Part shown: positions 49,901-60,809 of the stretch, in pieces | Layout: every line of letters starts with the position of its first letter | Numbering within the stretch: the first letter of the stretch is position 1 | Assembly (NCBI GenBank): GCA_043759515.1 | Contig: JAYVLK010000010.1 | Span: forward strand, 28,104-92,103 | Reading direction: 5' to 3' | Length of the DNA: 64,000 bases | DNA from: Methylotenera sp. | Lineage (GTDB): Bacteria; Pseudomonadota; Gammaproteobacteria; Burkholderiales; Methylophilaceae | Notes under the pieces: model-generated | Databases searched by the model: none | Told to the model about the DNA's origin: nothing | What the model saw: only the letters and a program-made list of their open reading frames with translations | Translations under genes and position numbers: made by a program

Positions 49901-50854
49901 TTAAACTTTTAATTCGCTGTTCTTCACTTCTTCGACCAGCGCTTGTGCGTAAAGGTTTTCTATTTGTTCACGGCTTGGTTGATGATTTTGCCCACCTCGA
50001 CTTGCAATTTTAATTGATCCCATGGTTGACGCCAATCTACCACAAGTTAGCCAATCCCAGCCTTGCGATATGCCATAAAGCAGACCTGCACGATACGCAT
50101 CACCACAGCCTGTAGGGTCGACAATGTCATTCGCTTTAACGCATGGAATGTTAAAACGTTGACCTTGCGCGTAAATGTGTGAGCCTTGTCCACCTAATGT
50201 AACGATAAGTGCATCAACTTTGCTAGCCAATTCATCAAGACTTAAACCAGTTTTATCTTGCAGCACTTGCGCTTCGTAATCATTCACCGCTAAATAGCTG
50301 GCCATTTCAATAAAGTGCAGCAATTCTTCACCATTAAACATGGGCAAGCCTTGGCCTGGGTCAAACATAAACGGTATGCCTGCGCTAAAACATTGCTCTG
50401 CATGTGCAAACATGCCATCGCGACCATCTGGCGCGATAATAGCCAATGATATATCGGTGGCGTCATTTACGTTATTAAGGTGTGATTCAACCATCGCGCC
50501 TGGGTGAAAAGCGGTTATTTGGTTATCGTCTAGATCCGTTGTAATAAACGCCTGCGCGGTAAAACTATTTGCAATGCGCTTGATATGTTTTGTTTCGATG
50601 TTGTGACTTTTAAGCCTAGCTAAATAAGTGTCAAAATCATCGCCCACAGTTGCCATAATGAGCGGTTTGCCTTGCAATAGTTGCAAGTTGTAAGCAATGT
50701 TGCCTGCGGTACCACCAAATTCACGACGCATTTCTGGCACATAAAAAGCTACACTTAACGCATGAATTTTATCGGGCAAAATATGATTTTTAAACTGATC
50801 TTGAAACACCATGATGGTGTCAAAAGCGAGCGAGCCACAAATGAGGGTGTGCAT
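49901..50854 (-). CDS. PfkB-family kinase (adenosine kinase-like)
   Basis: GSLAFD, GGTAGNIAY, DPGQ, DPTGCGDAYRAG. Confidence 0.9.
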   Translation of the reverse strand: MHTLICGSLAFDTIMVFQDQFKNHILPDKIHALSVAFYVPEMRREFGGTAGNIAYNLQLLQGKPLIMATVGDDFDTYLARLKSHNIETKHIKRIANSFTAQAFITTDLDDNQITAFHPGAMVESHLNNVNDATDISLAIIAPDGRDGMFAHAEQCFSAGIPFMFDPGQGLPMFNGEELLHFIEMASYLAVNDYEAQVLQDKTGLSLDELASKVDALIVTLGGQGSHIYAQGQRFNIPCVKANDIVDPTGCGDAYRAGLLYGISQGWDWLTCGRLASTMGSIKIASRGGQNHQPSREQIENLYAQALVEEVKNSELKV

Positions 50855-50959
50855 AAATAACCGTTATTATTAAAAGCTCAATTATCGCGAGTTTGCTAGA
50901 TAATCGCCAGCAAATTTAGTGTTTTATGATTAGTTACTAAACAAGGTTTTTTATAAAGC

Positions 50960-51523
50960 TTAAGTTTTGACAGCACCATCAATTAAAATTTTAGCAGCTT
51001 TTTTGGCATATTTAATGGCACCAGAGCCGCGTTTCATTTGCTCGGCTTGCACAGCGCCTTCAAATAAGAGTGATAATTGCAGTGCTAAACCATCCGCATC
51101 TTTAATTGAAGCTTCTTTGGCTAATTTACCAATAAATTGTCTAAATTCACGTGATTGAAGGTGAGACAATTGGTGGATAGGATTTTCTTCGTTAGGAAAC
51201 TCAGCCGATGCTTTAATGAAACCAAGCCCTATAAAAGCAGGCGAATTTACCCATTCTTCTACAAAGTTAAATAGATTTTGAATTTTATCGGCAGGTTTTT
51301 TACTGTTAGCGTTTAGCTTCTCACTAAGCCAATATTGAAAGTCTGACTGACTTTTTTGCAGCACCTCTAAAATCAATACTTCTTTGGTGCGAAAGTATTT
51401 ATATAGAGTCATTTTAGTGGTGCCAGCCACAGCCACAATAGTATCTACACCAGTTGAGTTAATGCCTCTGGTGTGAAACAAATCGGTTGCAACGACTAAA
51501 ATCTTTTCTTTTAAAGCACTCAT
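50960..51523 (-). CDS. TetR-family regulator
   Basis: GINSTGVDTIVAVAGTTKMTLYKYF HTH; start moved to MSALKEK. Confidence 0.93.
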   Translation of the reverse strand: MSALKEKILVVATDLFHTRGINSTGVDTIVAVAGTTKMTLYKYFRTKEVLILEVLQKSQSDFQYWLSEKLNANSKKPADKIQNLFNFVEEWVNSPAFIGLGFIKASAEFPNEENPIHQLSHLQSREFRQFIGKLAKEASIKDADGLALQLSLLFEGAVQAEQMKRGSGAIKYAKKAAKILIDGAVKT

Positions 51524-51666
51524 AGATTCAGTATAGCATGAGTGCAATTTGCTTTGTTAGATATACTTACAGGTAATAATAATTATAAATTTACAATACA
51601 TGATTTATGTAACCTGTTAGATAATATGAAAAATATTGTTACCTTTCAATAAATATAGTTATAATG

Positions 51667-51682
51667 TATACAGAACGGTATA
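51667..51682. promoter_or_regulatory. Candidate TetR operator TATAC-AGAACG-GTATA
   Basis: Palindrome between TATAAT hexamers; related copy TATAC-TTACAG-GTAAT at 51562-51577. Confidence 0.5.
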
Positions 51683-51714
51683 ATAGTTATCGTCTTTATA
51701 TTTAGGAGTTTTAA

Positions 51715-52251
51715 ATGAACAAATTAATCAGTTTTTCTGTAATAGCCACGGCAGTTGTATTAACTGCATGCGCTACAGGCGCATCTAAAGGCACAGGCGC
51801 TAATTTAGCTGCGACAGAAAAAGTAACAATTAATGCACCAGCTGCAAAAGTGTGGGCTAAAGTCAGCAATTATGGCGATTTAGGTGCTTTTCACCCTGCA
51901 GTTGCTAAAACTGAAATAAAAAGCGGCACCAATAACACGGTGGGCGCAGTACGTTTATTAACCCTGCAAGATGGCGGCACTGTTAATGAAACGTTGACTG
52001 CATACAGCGCGGCTAATATGTCATACGCTTATGTGATCAACGAAAGTGTGTTACCAGTTAGCAATTATTCAGCCAATATTATGGTTAAACCTGTAAGCGC
52101 TAATGTAACTGAAGTGGTGTGGAACGCTAATTTCGCGCGTAAAGATTTATCTGCAACACCAACTAAAGGCCAAGATGACGAAGCTGCTACAGGTACAATT
52201 CACGCGGTTTTTAAAGGTGGATTAGATAACTTAAAGAAAATTACTGAGTAA
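51715..52251 (+). CDS. SRPBCC (MxaD-like) lipoprotein
   Basis: Lipobox LTAC; INAPAAKVW...FHPAV...GAVRLLTL...GGLDNLK. Confidence 0.85.
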   Translation: MNKLISFSVIATAVVLTACATGASKGTGANLAATEKVTINAPAAKVWAKVSNYGDLGAFHPAVAKTEIKSGTNNTVGAVRLLTLQDGGTVNETLTAYSAANMSYAYVINESVLPVSNYSANIMVKPVSANVTEVVWNANFARKDLSATPTKGQDDEAATGTIHAVFKGGLDNLKKITE

Positions 52252-52280
52252 AAATTGTTAATACTTTAATTAAAGTTGAT

Positions 52281-52314
52281 AAAAAGCCAAACATGATTAG
52301 TTTGGCTTTTTTTA
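52281..52314. terminator. Bidirectional terminator
   Basis: AAAAAGCCAAAC-ATGATTA-GTTTGGCTTTTT. Confidence 0.8.
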
Positions 52315-52336
52315 TTACTGAAACTTACTTAAAAAC

Positions 52337-53110
52337 TCACTTAGAATTAGCCATTAACATGGGTGTGTAATTGCAACGCACTTTTTCAAGCAATTGGTGA
52401 ACCAGTTTTTGGTCTGCTAAATTGGTAGAAATTTGACCTAGTACGATATTTTCGAAATAAACTCTTTTATACGAATCAGGCAACTGAATCGCCTCAATCA
52501 ATTGACAATTACCTTTACGCATTAAATTGATTTGTGCGATGAGTGCAGCGGTGTCTTCGGGGCTAGCATACGTAACATTATTTGCTTTTACAGGCGTAAA
52601 TTTCGAGTGCACTGTTACAATTTTCTGATTGGTTTTTAGGCCTATCGAATTAAAATCAACAGGGTTTAAATTAAACAGGAACAAGCTACCAGCAACCACT
52701 AATGCCCCTAAAAAGCTAGCAGCCACGCCATAAGAAGATATATCTTTAAAATGAAACTCTCTTTTTATTTGCGCTAAAATTAATGCATTAGCTGCAATTT
52801 TAGCTTGGCCAATACTTTCTGTATTTTGATTATTCAAGCGGTCTTGCATGGCTGCTGTTGCCATAAAGAAAATCTGATTTGCTAATATTTCTGGCATCGC
52901 GGCACCCGCTTTAATGGCCTCCAGCTTTAAAAATTGCCTTAAATCACAGCAATCAGAACGACTATTTAAGAGTTCTTGCAGTTGATTATTAATTCCAGGT
53001 GCATCAAGCCAGTCTCTAAGGATATCGAACATTGCAAGCAAGCGCCCGTGTGGTGTTTTGCCTGATTTTTCAAGCATGTTAATTAACCAACTAGAATTTA
53101 AAATATCCAT
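52337..53110 (-). CDS. HTH-less TetR-C-terminal-like domain, TM helix and two-Cys distal domain
   Basis: N-terminal half aligns by eye with the post-HTH part of the TetR at 50960; TM segment GVAASFLGALVVAGSLFLF. Confidence 0.7.
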   Translation of the reverse strand: MDILNSSWLINMLEKSGKTPHGRLLAMFDILRDWLDAPGINNQLQELLNSRSDCCDLRQFLKLEAIKAGAAMPEILANQIFFMATAAMQDRLNNQNTESIGQAKIAANALILAQIKREFHFKDISSYGVAASFLGALVVAGSLFLFNLNPVDFNSIGLKTNQKIVTVHSKFTPVKANNVTYASPEDTAALIAQINLMRKGNCQLIEAIQLPDSYKRVYFENIVLGQISTNLADQKLVHQLLEKVRCNYTPMLMANSK

Positions 53111-53135
53111 GCGCCAGTACCTGGTTAATAAACAC

Positions 53136-53546
53136 CTAAAAAGGTTTTACCACCACTAAAATAGTGATGATCACCAGCATAATAACTGGCACTTCATTAA
53201 ACCAGCGAAACCAAATATGGCTACGTGTATTTTGACCGTTTTTAAATTCACGCATGATTTTGCCACAATAAATATGATAAACAATCAAACCAATAACTAA
53301 TAATAACTTGGCATGCAACCATCCGCCAGCGATGCCATAACCTAGCCATAACCATAATCCAAAAATAAGTGCTAAAACGGCTAACGGCAACATAAATCGA
53401 AATAATTTATGCTCCATTAAGGTTAAACGATCAATGGTTGCATCATCACTTACCATAGCATGATTGACGAAAAGTCTTGGCAAATAAAATAAACCCGCAA
53501 ACCAGCTGGTTACAAACACGATGTGCAACGCTTTGATCCATAACAT
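53136..53546 (-). CDS. hemJ: Protoporphyrinogen oxidase HemJ
   Basis: WIKALHIVFVTSWFAGLFYLPRLFV...WLHAKL...FNEVP...VVVKPF. Confidence 0.9.
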   Translation of the reverse strand: MLWIKALHIVFVTSWFAGLFYLPRLFVNHAMVSDDATIDRLTLMEHKLFRFMLPLAVLALIFGLWLWLGYGIAGGWLHAKLLLVIGLIVYHIYCGKIMREFKNGQNTRSHIWFRWFNEVPVIMLVIITILVVVKPF

Positions 53547-54040
53547 TAATTAAGCTCTTTATTTAATAATTGACGCAGTTTAACAAAATCTATTTCGCCA
53601 ATTGTACGTTGAATACGCTCACCTTTTTTATTAAAAATGAAAGCGGTTGGTGTTAAATTTACGCCTCCAAAAGCTTTGGTTATTTCGCCAAAGCCATCAT
53701 GCATTACAGGAAAAGGTAGCGATTTTTGTTTTGTATAATTAAGAACTTGTGCAGGAGGATCGTATGGCATAGCTACAGAAATCACTTCAAAGCCTTTGAT
53801 TTTGTAATCATTATAAGTTTTAATTAAATCAGGCATTTCTTTAATGCAACCTGGACAATCGGTTGCCCAAAAATTAATCAAAACCACTTTGCCTTTTAAA
53901 CCCAGCATACTGATTTTTTGACCTGTAATGGTAGTAAATGTGACATTGGGCGCTTGCGTTTTGCTTGATAAGCTAAAACCCAGAAATACGAGTACAGCCA
54001 AAACAATTGCAGGCAGTAAAATTTTTTTTAAAATTGGCAT
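53546..54040 (-). CDS. TlpA-like redoxin
   Basis: NFWATDCPGCIKEMP; start moved to MPILKK. Confidence 0.9.
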   Translation of the reverse strand: MPILKKILLPAIVLAVLVFLGFSLSSKTQAPNVTFTTITGQKISMLGLKGKVVLINFWATDCPGCIKEMPDLIKTYNDYKIKGFEVISVAMPYDPPAQVLNYTKQKSLPFPVMHDGFGEITKAFGGVNLTPTAFIFNKKGERIQRTIGEIDFVKLRQLLNKELN

Positions 54041-54181
54041 AGTTTTAAATTGAGCATAGTGATATTTTAACTTGTTTTTTAATATATAAAGAGTGTAGTA
54101 AGCATAGAACGTACCTAGCATATGTGTGGTCTAGTGCATGATATAATCTTTTTTCAAATTTAGACGAGTTTTTTTACCTAG

Positions 54182-57100
54182 ATGAACGCACCTATTCCAG
54201 CCAAAATTTTACAAACTGAGCCAGCCCCAGCCACGCGCTTGCGTGAGATTCCCTACAATTACACGTCTTTTTCAGACCGTGAAATAGTCATTAGGTTTTT
54301 GGGAATCGATTGCTGGTCAATTTTAAACGATTTACGTGCCGAGCGTAAAACTGGCCGCAGTGCGCGCATGTTATTTGAAGTGCTTGGCGATTTATGGGTA
54401 GTTTCACGTAATCCTTATCTGCAAGATGACTTATTAGATAATCCAAAACGTCGCAAAGCCTTGATAGACGCTTTGCATCATCGCTTAAATGCTATTGATG
54501 AGCGAAATACCAATGGTGCGGTTAATAACAGTGTACAAACTTTAGTTGTAGCTGCCAAAAAAGCGGTAGAAAAGTTTGCTGATGATTTTCGCCAAACTTA
54601 TGATTTACGCAAAAAAGCGTTAAACGTTTATACCAAAATAACCCGTAAAGATAACGTACAGTTTGATGGCTTAGCGCGCGTTTCACATGTAACAGATGCA
54701 ACCGATTGGCGTGTTGAGTATCCTTTTGTGGTGTTAAACCCCGATACTGAGATTGAAATTGCGGCGTTAGTGCGTGCAAGTATTGAGCTTGGCTTAACAG
54801 TTATTCCGCGTGGTGGTGGAACTGGTTACACTGGTGGCGCTATTCCGTTAACGCCACTATCTGTGGTGATTAATACTGAAAAATTGGATATTCACAGTGG
54901 CGTGCAAATGCGCTCATTACCAGGTGTGGCGCGCCAAGTTGCTACTATTGAGTGTGGCGCAGGGGTTGTTACGCGTCGTGCGATGGAGGCAGCAACTGAG
55001 GCAGGTTTAGAGTTTGCCTGTGATCCAACAAGTGCTGACGCTAGCTGTATTGGGGGCAATGTAGCTATGAACGCAGGCGGTAAAAAAGCGGTTTTATGGG
55101 GCACAGCGCTTGATAATCTGGCCAGTTACCGCATGGTAACGCCCGATGCCAAATGGCTAGAAGTTGTGCGTTTAGATCACAATTTAGGCAAAATTCACGA
55201 TATTGCAATGGCGCGCTTTAAATTGACGCGTTTTGATGTAGACATGAAAACGCAATTGGGTGAGCCTGAAATCATTGCAATACCAGGACCAAGTTTTAGA
55301 AAAGTGGGCTTGGGAAAAGATGTAACCGATAAATTTTTAAGCGGTTTGCCAGGCATTCAAAAGGAGGGTTGTGATGGTTTAATTACAAGTGCCACCTTTA
55401 TTTTGCACCGCATGCCTAAGCATGTGCGCACCATTGCGTTGGAGTTTTTTGGTAATGTGTCTCACGCCGTACCTGCCATTGTAGAAATTAAAGATTATTT
55501 AGACGCGACTGCTCGGGTTTCAGAAGACAAGCCGCAGCCTGCTGTTATTTTGGCTGGTTTAGAGCACATGGATGAGCGCTACATAAAGGCCGTGGGCTAT
55601 GCCACAAAAGCTGCGCGAGCGCAACGCCCAAAAATGGTGTTAATCGCTGATATTGCGAGTGATGACGAAAATGCCGTGGGTGAAGCCGCTTCAAAAGTGG
55701 TGCGTATTTGTAACGCACGTAATGGCGAAGGCTTTATTGCGGTTTCACTTGATGCGCGTAAAAAGTTTTGGCTCGATCGCGCTCGTACAGCCGCTATTGC
55801 ACGCCATACTAATGCCTTTAAAATTAATGAAGATGTGGTGATTCCACTGCCACGCTTAGGCGATTACTCTGATGGTATTGAGCGCATTAACATTGAGCTG
55901 TCAATTAAAAACAAGCTTAAATTATTAGATGCGCTAGAAACCTTTATGCAAGGCGATTTGCCGTTTGAACGTGAAGAAGACGGCAGCTATAACCTGGCCA
56001 TGGTGCAAAGTAAACAAGAGATGGCCCTACAATTGATGCGTGATTTGCGTATTAAATGGCGCATGTTGCTTGATAACTTGGATGAGCCTTTGAGCGCAAT
56101 TGGCCAATTTGGTGAGCAATTAGGCCAGTATGAAAACGTGTTTCGCGCGATTCAAAGCTACGATTTACGCATCTCCTGGAAGCGTGAGCTTAAACGCCCA
56201 ATGGCTGAAATGTTTGCTGGGCGCGAGTATCAAAAAATATTGAATCGTTGTGACGAGATACACAAAACCGTGCTTAAAAGCCGCGTGTTTATTGCCCTGC
56301 ACATGCATGCGGGTGATGGCAACGTGCATACCAATATCCCAGTAAACTCAGACGATTACATCATGATGCAAGACGCACATGATGCGGTTGACCGCGTGAT
56401 GGAACTGGCAAAAAATCTAGATGGCGTGATTTCTGGCGAGCACGGTATTGGTATCACCAAAATGGAGTATTTGGACCAAGCAACTATTGATAATTTTACC
56501 GCTTACAAAAATAAAGTTGACCCAAATGGCCACTTTAATAAGGGCAAATTACTTAAAGGTTCTGGGCTTGAAAATGCTTATACGCCAAGCTTTGGTTTGC
56601 TAGAGCAAGAGTCACTTATTATGGAGCAATCAGCCATTGGCGAAATTGCAGACGATATAAGTGATTGTTTACGTTGCGGAAAATGTAAGCCTGTGTGTGC
56701 AACCCACGTGCCGCGCGCTAACTTGCTTTATAGCCCGCGTAATAAAATATTGGCCACATCATTACTTATTGAAGCATTTTTGTATGAAGAACAAACACGC
56801 CGCGGTATTTCACTTAAACATTTTGATGAGTTTAATGATGTAGCCGATCATTGTACCGTTTGCCACAAATGTCTAAATCCGTGCCCAGTCGATATTGATT
56901 TTGGTGAAGTGACCATCAAGATGCGTAATTTTTTACGTGAACAAGGTAAAAAGCAATTTAATTTAGGCACAGCTGCGGGTATGTTGTACCTAAATGCCAA
57001 AGACCCAGCCACGGTTAAATTTTTACGCACCACCATGATTGGTTGGGGCTATAAAGCGCAAAATGTTGCGCACACTTTGGCTAAAAAGTTTGGCTTGCTA

Positions 57101-58075
57101 AAAGACAAAATCAGGCCGCCAGCCACTGTGGGTAAGCCTGAGATTAAAGCGCAGGTGATTCACTTTATTAATAGGCCAATGCCTAAAAAAATGCCCACCA
57201 AAACCTCACGTGCGCTATTGGGTATTGAAGATGCACACATGATTCCTGTGATTCGTAACCCTAAAAAAGTAACAGATGACAGTGAAGCAGTGTTTTACTT
57301 TCCAGGATGCGGTTCAGAGCGATTATTTTCTAATGTGGGTTTGGCTACACAAGCCATGTTGTACGAAGTGGGCGCAATTACCGTATTGCCACCTGGGTAC
57401 TTGTGCTGTGGCTATCCACAAACGTCTGCGGGCAACCATGATAAGGGCCAGGAAATCACAACTGACAACCGCGTGTTATTTCATCGCGTGGCCAATACGC
57501 TTAATTACTTGGATATTAAAACCGTGATCGTTTCATGCGGTACTTGTATGGATCAGCTGCAAAAATACGAGTTTGAAAAGATATTCCCGGGTTGCAGGTT
57601 GCTTGATATTCATGAATATTTAATGGAAAAAGATCAAAAATTATCAGGTGTAACTGGTACACGTTATATGTATCACGACCCATGCCATAGCCCGATGAAA
57701 ACCTATAAACCGCTTGAGGTGACCAATAAGTTGATGGGCGTTGAAGTTGCACTTAATGACCGTTGTTGTGGTGAAAGTGGTACTTTTGCTGCGGCACGGC
57801 CAGATATTGCCACGCAAGTTAAATTTAGAAAGCAAGAAGAGCTAGAAAAAGGCATGGCCAAAATGGGATTAACGGTTGGAAAACCTGAAGAAAAAGTGAA
57901 AATTTTGACATCATGCCCAAGTTGCTTGCAGGGGCTAGCAAGATATGGGGAAGACACTGGTATTACTGCCGATTACATTGTAGTAGAAATGGCCAAGCAT
58001 ATTTTGGGTGAAAACTGGATGCAGGAATATGTGGAAAAAGTGAATAATGGCGGTATTGAGAAAGTGTTGCTATAA
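54182..58075 (+). CDS. FAD-linked/Fe-S oxidoreductase (DUF3683, GlcD-like and CCG domains)
   Basis: [44 protein letters not shown] motifs. Confidence 0.9.
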   Translation: MNAPIPAKILQTEPAPATRLREIPYNYTSFSDREIVIRFLGIDCWSILNDLRAERKTGRSARMLFEVLGDLWVVSRNPYLQDDLLDNPKRRKALIDALHHRLNAIDERNTNGAVNNSVQTLVVAAKKAVEKFADDFRQTYDLRKKALNVYTKITRKDNVQFDGLARVSHVTDATDWRVEYPFVVLNPDTEIEIAALVRASIELGLTVIPRGGGTGYTGGAIPLTPLSVVINTEKLDIHSGVQMRSLPGVARQVATIECGAGVVTRRAMEAATEAGLEFACDPTSADASCIGGNVAMNAGGKKAVLWGTALDNLASYRMVTPDAKWLEVVRLDHNLGKIHDIAMARFKLTRFDVDMKTQLGEPEIIAIPGPSFRKVGLGKDVTDKFLSGLPGIQKEGCDGLITSATFILHRMPKHVRTIALEFFGNVSHAVPAIVEIKDYLDATARVSEDKPQPAVILAGLEHMDERYIKAVGYATKAARAQRPKMVLIADIASDDENAVGEAASKVVRICNARNGEGFIAVSLDARKKFWLDRARTAAIARHTNAFKINEDVVIPLPRLGDYSDGIERINIELSIKNKLKLLDALETFMQGDLPFEREEDGSYNLAMVQSKQEMALQLMRDLRIKWRMLLDNLDEPLSAIGQFGEQLGQYENVFRAIQSYDLRISWKRELKRPMAEMFAGREYQKILNRCDEIHKTVLKSRVFIALHMHAGDGNVHTNIPVNSDDYIMMQDAHDAVDRVMELAKNLDGVISGEHGIGITKMEYLDQATIDNFTAYKNKVDPNGHFNKGKLLKGSGLENAYTPSFGLLEQESLIMEQSAIGEIADDISDCLRCGKCKPVCATHVPRANLLYSPRNKILATSLLIEAFLYEEQTRRGISLKHFDEFNDVADHCTVCHKCLNPCPVDIDFGEVTIKMRNFLREQGKKQFNLGTAAGMLYLNAKDPATVKFLRTTMIGWGYKAQNVAHTLAKKFGLLKDKIRPPATVGKPEIKAQVIHFINRPMPKKMPTKTSRALLGIEDAHMIPVIRNPKKVTDDSEAVFYFPGCGSERLFSNVGLATQAMLYEVGAITVLPPGYLCCGYPQTSAGNHDKGQEITTDNRVLFHRVANTLNYLDIKTVIVSCGTCMDQLQKYEFEKIFPGCRLLDIHEYLMEKDQKLSGVTGTRYMYHDPCHSPMKTYKPLEVTNKLMGVEVALNDRCCGESGTFAAARPDIATQVKFRKQEELEKGMAKMGLTVGKPEEKVKILTSCPSCLQGLARYGEDTGITADYIVVEMAKHILGENWMQEYVEKVNNGGIEKVLL

Positions 58076-58087
58076 GTGTTTCTTGAA

Positions 58088-58140
58088 GGCGGAAAATCAA
58101 TTTTGAGAAAATTTTATTAGTTTAAAATTGATTTTCCGCC
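58088..58140. repeat. Perfect 17-bp inverted repeat
   Basis: GGCGGAAAATCAATTTT-N19-AAAATTGATTTTCCGCC. Confidence 0.85.
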
Positions 58141-58209
58141 ATATTCCATCATTTAATAGCATTACTAATCATTAAGTTACCTATCGCTTTAACAATAATC
58201 ATCTGAAAT

Positions 58210-58830
58210 GTGACGATGTTAAAACCACTTTTATTTTTGATTTTTTTATTTCAATCCAGTTTTGCAGTTGCAATTACTAAAAACGGTAGTTGGCATGCAG
58301 GTATTGGAGACCCAACACTCCTTGGCTGGATAACCGTTTTAGCCTACTGTTTGGCCACTTTAAGATGCACGGTTAAAGCGTTTGGCTACAATAAAAACGA
58401 AGATAGTTATCACTTTTGGGTGTACTTAGCTTTATTTTTACTTTTGTTAGCCATTAACAAACAACTTGATTTACAGAGCTGGTTTACGCAAGCAATGAGA
58501 ACGTTAGCGCATGCGCAAGGTTGGTACGAAAACAGAAAATCGCTGCAATTGTTATTTATAGTTTTTTTAGGCGCTGGCATGTTGTTTAGTTTGTTAAGTA
58601 TCAGATATTATTTAGCGCAATCTTGGCATAATTACCCGCTTACTTGGATTGGCATCGTATTGTTAAGTACGTTTATTTTAATGCGTGCTGCATCGTTTAG
58701 TCACATTGACCAAATGATTCATTACCCGATTTTGGGCATTAAATTAAATGGCGTGATGGAGATTGGACCAATCGCACTCATTATTTTTGGTTCATATTTT
58801 AATAAAATGCCTAGACGAATAATAAGCTAA
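58210..58830 (+). CDS. Conserved-type membrane protein
   Basis: About five TM segments; GIGDPT..GW, LAINKQLDLQS, RAASFSH. Confidence 0.75.
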   Translation: MTMLKPLLFLIFLFQSSFAVAITKNGSWHAGIGDPTLLGWITVLAYCLATLRCTVKAFGYNKNEDSYHFWVYLALFLLLLAINKQLDLQSWFTQAMRTLAHAQGWYENRKSLQLLFIVFLGAGMLFSLLSIRYYLAQSWHNYPLTWIGIVLLSTFILMRAASFSHIDQMIHYPILGIKLNGVMEIGPIALIIFGSYFNKMPRRIIS

Positions 58831-58854
58831 ACAAAAAACACTTAAATAAGCACA

Positions 58855-59886
58855 ATGAATTATTACAAACTAGCCAGACCGCTGCTTTTTCAACTAGATG
58901 CCGAATTTGCGCATGATTTTTCGCTTAAAACCTTAAAAATAGCCGAGCAAGCAGGGCTGCTTAATTTTTACCCTAAGCCACCCATATGCGTGTCGCGCAA
59001 AGTGATGGGCTTAAATTTTCCTAACGCAGTAGGGCTTTCGGCTGGTTTAGATAAAAATGGTGCGGTGATCGATGGCATGGCAGCTTTAGGTTTTGGCTTC
59101 ATTGAAATAGGCACCGTTACCCCGCGCGCGCAACCTGGTAATGCTAAGCCGCGCTTATTTAGGGTTACACAAGCACAAGGCATCATTAATCGATTTGGCT
59201 TTAACAATTTAGGCGTAGATCATTTAATTGAAAATGTAAAAGCGGCCAAATTTAGCGCCAATAATGCTAATCAAATTTTAGGCATTAACATCGGTAAAAA
59301 TGCAGATACGCCCATTGAAAACGCAGTGGACGACTATTTAATCTGCATGCAAAAAGTGTATGCGTATGCCAGTTATATTACGGTTAATATTTCATCACCC
59401 AATACTAAAAACTTACGTGCCTTGCAAGAAAAAGAAGCGTTGTCTCAATTGTTGGCGCGCTTGAAATTAGAGCAAGCTCAGCTAGCTCAAAAACATGGCA
59501 AATATGTGCCAATCACGTTAAAAATCGCGCCTGATCTTGATCATAATCAAGTGATTGAAATTGCCGATTTACTCATGCAACACAAAATAGATGGTGTGAT
59601 TGCAACTAATACGACGCTTTCTCGCGATAATGTTTCAGGGCTTAAAAATGCTGATGAAACTGGCGGATTGTCTGGCGCGCCAGCGCGTGATCTTTCTACA
59701 ATCGTCATTCAGCAATTATCAAAACGATTACAAGGTGCGCTGCCAATTATTGGTGTTGGCGGTATATTAAGCGGTGCTGATGCAGTGGAAAAAATCGCTG
59801 CTGGTGCAGATTTGGTGCAAATATATAGCGGGCTCATTTATAAAGGGCCAGCATTGGTACACGAAATTTGTAAAAGCTTAGGTTAA
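58855..59886 (+). CDS. pyrD: Dihydroorotate dehydrogenase (quinone)
   Basis: [33 protein letters not shown]. Confidence 0.97.
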   Translation: MNYYKLARPLLFQLDAEFAHDFSLKTLKIAEQAGLLNFYPKPPICVSRKVMGLNFPNAVGLSAGLDKNGAVIDGMAALGFGFIEIGTVTPRAQPGNAKPRLFRVTQAQGIINRFGFNNLGVDHLIENVKAAKFSANNANQILGINIGKNADTPIENAVDDYLICMQKVYAYASYITVNISSPNTKNLRALQEKEALSQLLARLKLEQAQLAQKHGKYVPITLKIAPDLDHNQVIEIADLLMQHKIDGVIATNTTLSRDNVSGLKNADETGGLSGAPARDLSTIVIQQLSKRLQGALPIIGVGGILSGADAVEKIAAGADLVQIYSGLIYKGPALVHEICKSLG

Positions 59887-59909
59887 TAAGCACTTATATA
59901 TTTTTCAAT

Positions 59910-60063
59910 GTCATTGCGAGGAGGCTATACCGACGCGGCAATCCAGTTTTTTAGTAGCTGATTACTGTAAAAATATTGATCGCAAACTGTTGGGTAGATT
60001 GCTAAACCGTAGCACTTCGTTGATTTTTACACTGTTTTGCTTCGCCCGCAGGCTCGTAATAAC
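59910..60063. repeat. Degenerate palindromic extragenic element (GTCATTGCGAG...CTCGCAATGAC type)
   Basis: GTCATTGCGAG...GCAATCC...AGATTGC...GCTTCG...CTCGTAATAAC. Confidence 0.65.
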
Positions 60064-60085
60064 TTTTTCCACCAAAATATCAACT

Positions 60086-60778
60086 ATGAAAATCCCCATC
60101 TTATATTCCTATCGCCGCTGTCCTTACGCCATGCGCGCCCGTATGGCTTTAAAGCTTGCTGAAATTGATGTGGAAATTCGTGAAATTTCACTGCGCGATA
60201 AACCGTTGCACATGTTGCAAGTTTCACCAAAAGGCACAGTGCCTGTCTTGGTTTTAGCAGATGGCACGGTAATCGAACAAAGCTTGGATATTATGAATTG
60301 GGCTTTTGAACAAGCGGTTTTTAAACACGAGAGTAAATTCAATGCCGCTGCACTTGAACATTCCAGTGCAAGCCTGCAAGCCAATATCCATGCGGGTTAC
60401 GGAGCATTGATCTTAATCAATGATACTGAATTTAAAAAGAATTTAGATGGTTATAAATACCCTGAACGCGCATTGCGAGATGATTTGCAGCTAGATCATG
60501 CGCAATTAAATTTAAATTCCCAGCTAAAGTATCGCGCACAAGGTGAAGTTTTTTTGGCGCAATTAGAAAATTTGTTGCAAGCAAATACCTATTTATTTGC
60601 AAATTCGCCAAGTTTTGCTGATATCGCTATTTTTCCATTTGTTCGTCAATTTGCCGCAGTGGATAGCACGTGGTTTGAGCAAAGTGATTACCCTAAACTG
60701 CGCGCTTGGTTGCACAATTGGGTTACTTCAAACTTGTTTAAAAGTATAATGACAAAAAACCCGACTTACGTCGGGTGA
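60086..60778 (+). CDS. Glutathione S-transferase family
   Basis: YSYRRCPYAMRAR, SPKGTVPVL, ADIAIFPFVRQF; start moved to MKIP. Confidence 0.92.
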   Translation: MKIPILYSYRRCPYAMRARMALKLAEIDVEIREISLRDKPLHMLQVSPKGTVPVLVLADGTVIEQSLDIMNWAFEQAVFKHESKFNAAALEHSSASLQANIHAGYGALILINDTEFKKNLDGYKYPERALRDDLQLDHAQLNLNSQLKYRAQGEVFLAQLENLLQANTYLFANSPSFADIAIFPFVRQFAAVDSTWFEQSDYPKLRAWLHNWVTSNLFKSIMTKNPTYVG

Positions 60779-60809
60779 TTTTGCAGTGCATAAATTTACG
60801 TTGTAAAGA

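Noticed and set aside
59990-60085. N-terminal extension of the GST ORF
   Set aside because: Derived from the palindromic element; GST homology starts at ATG 60086.
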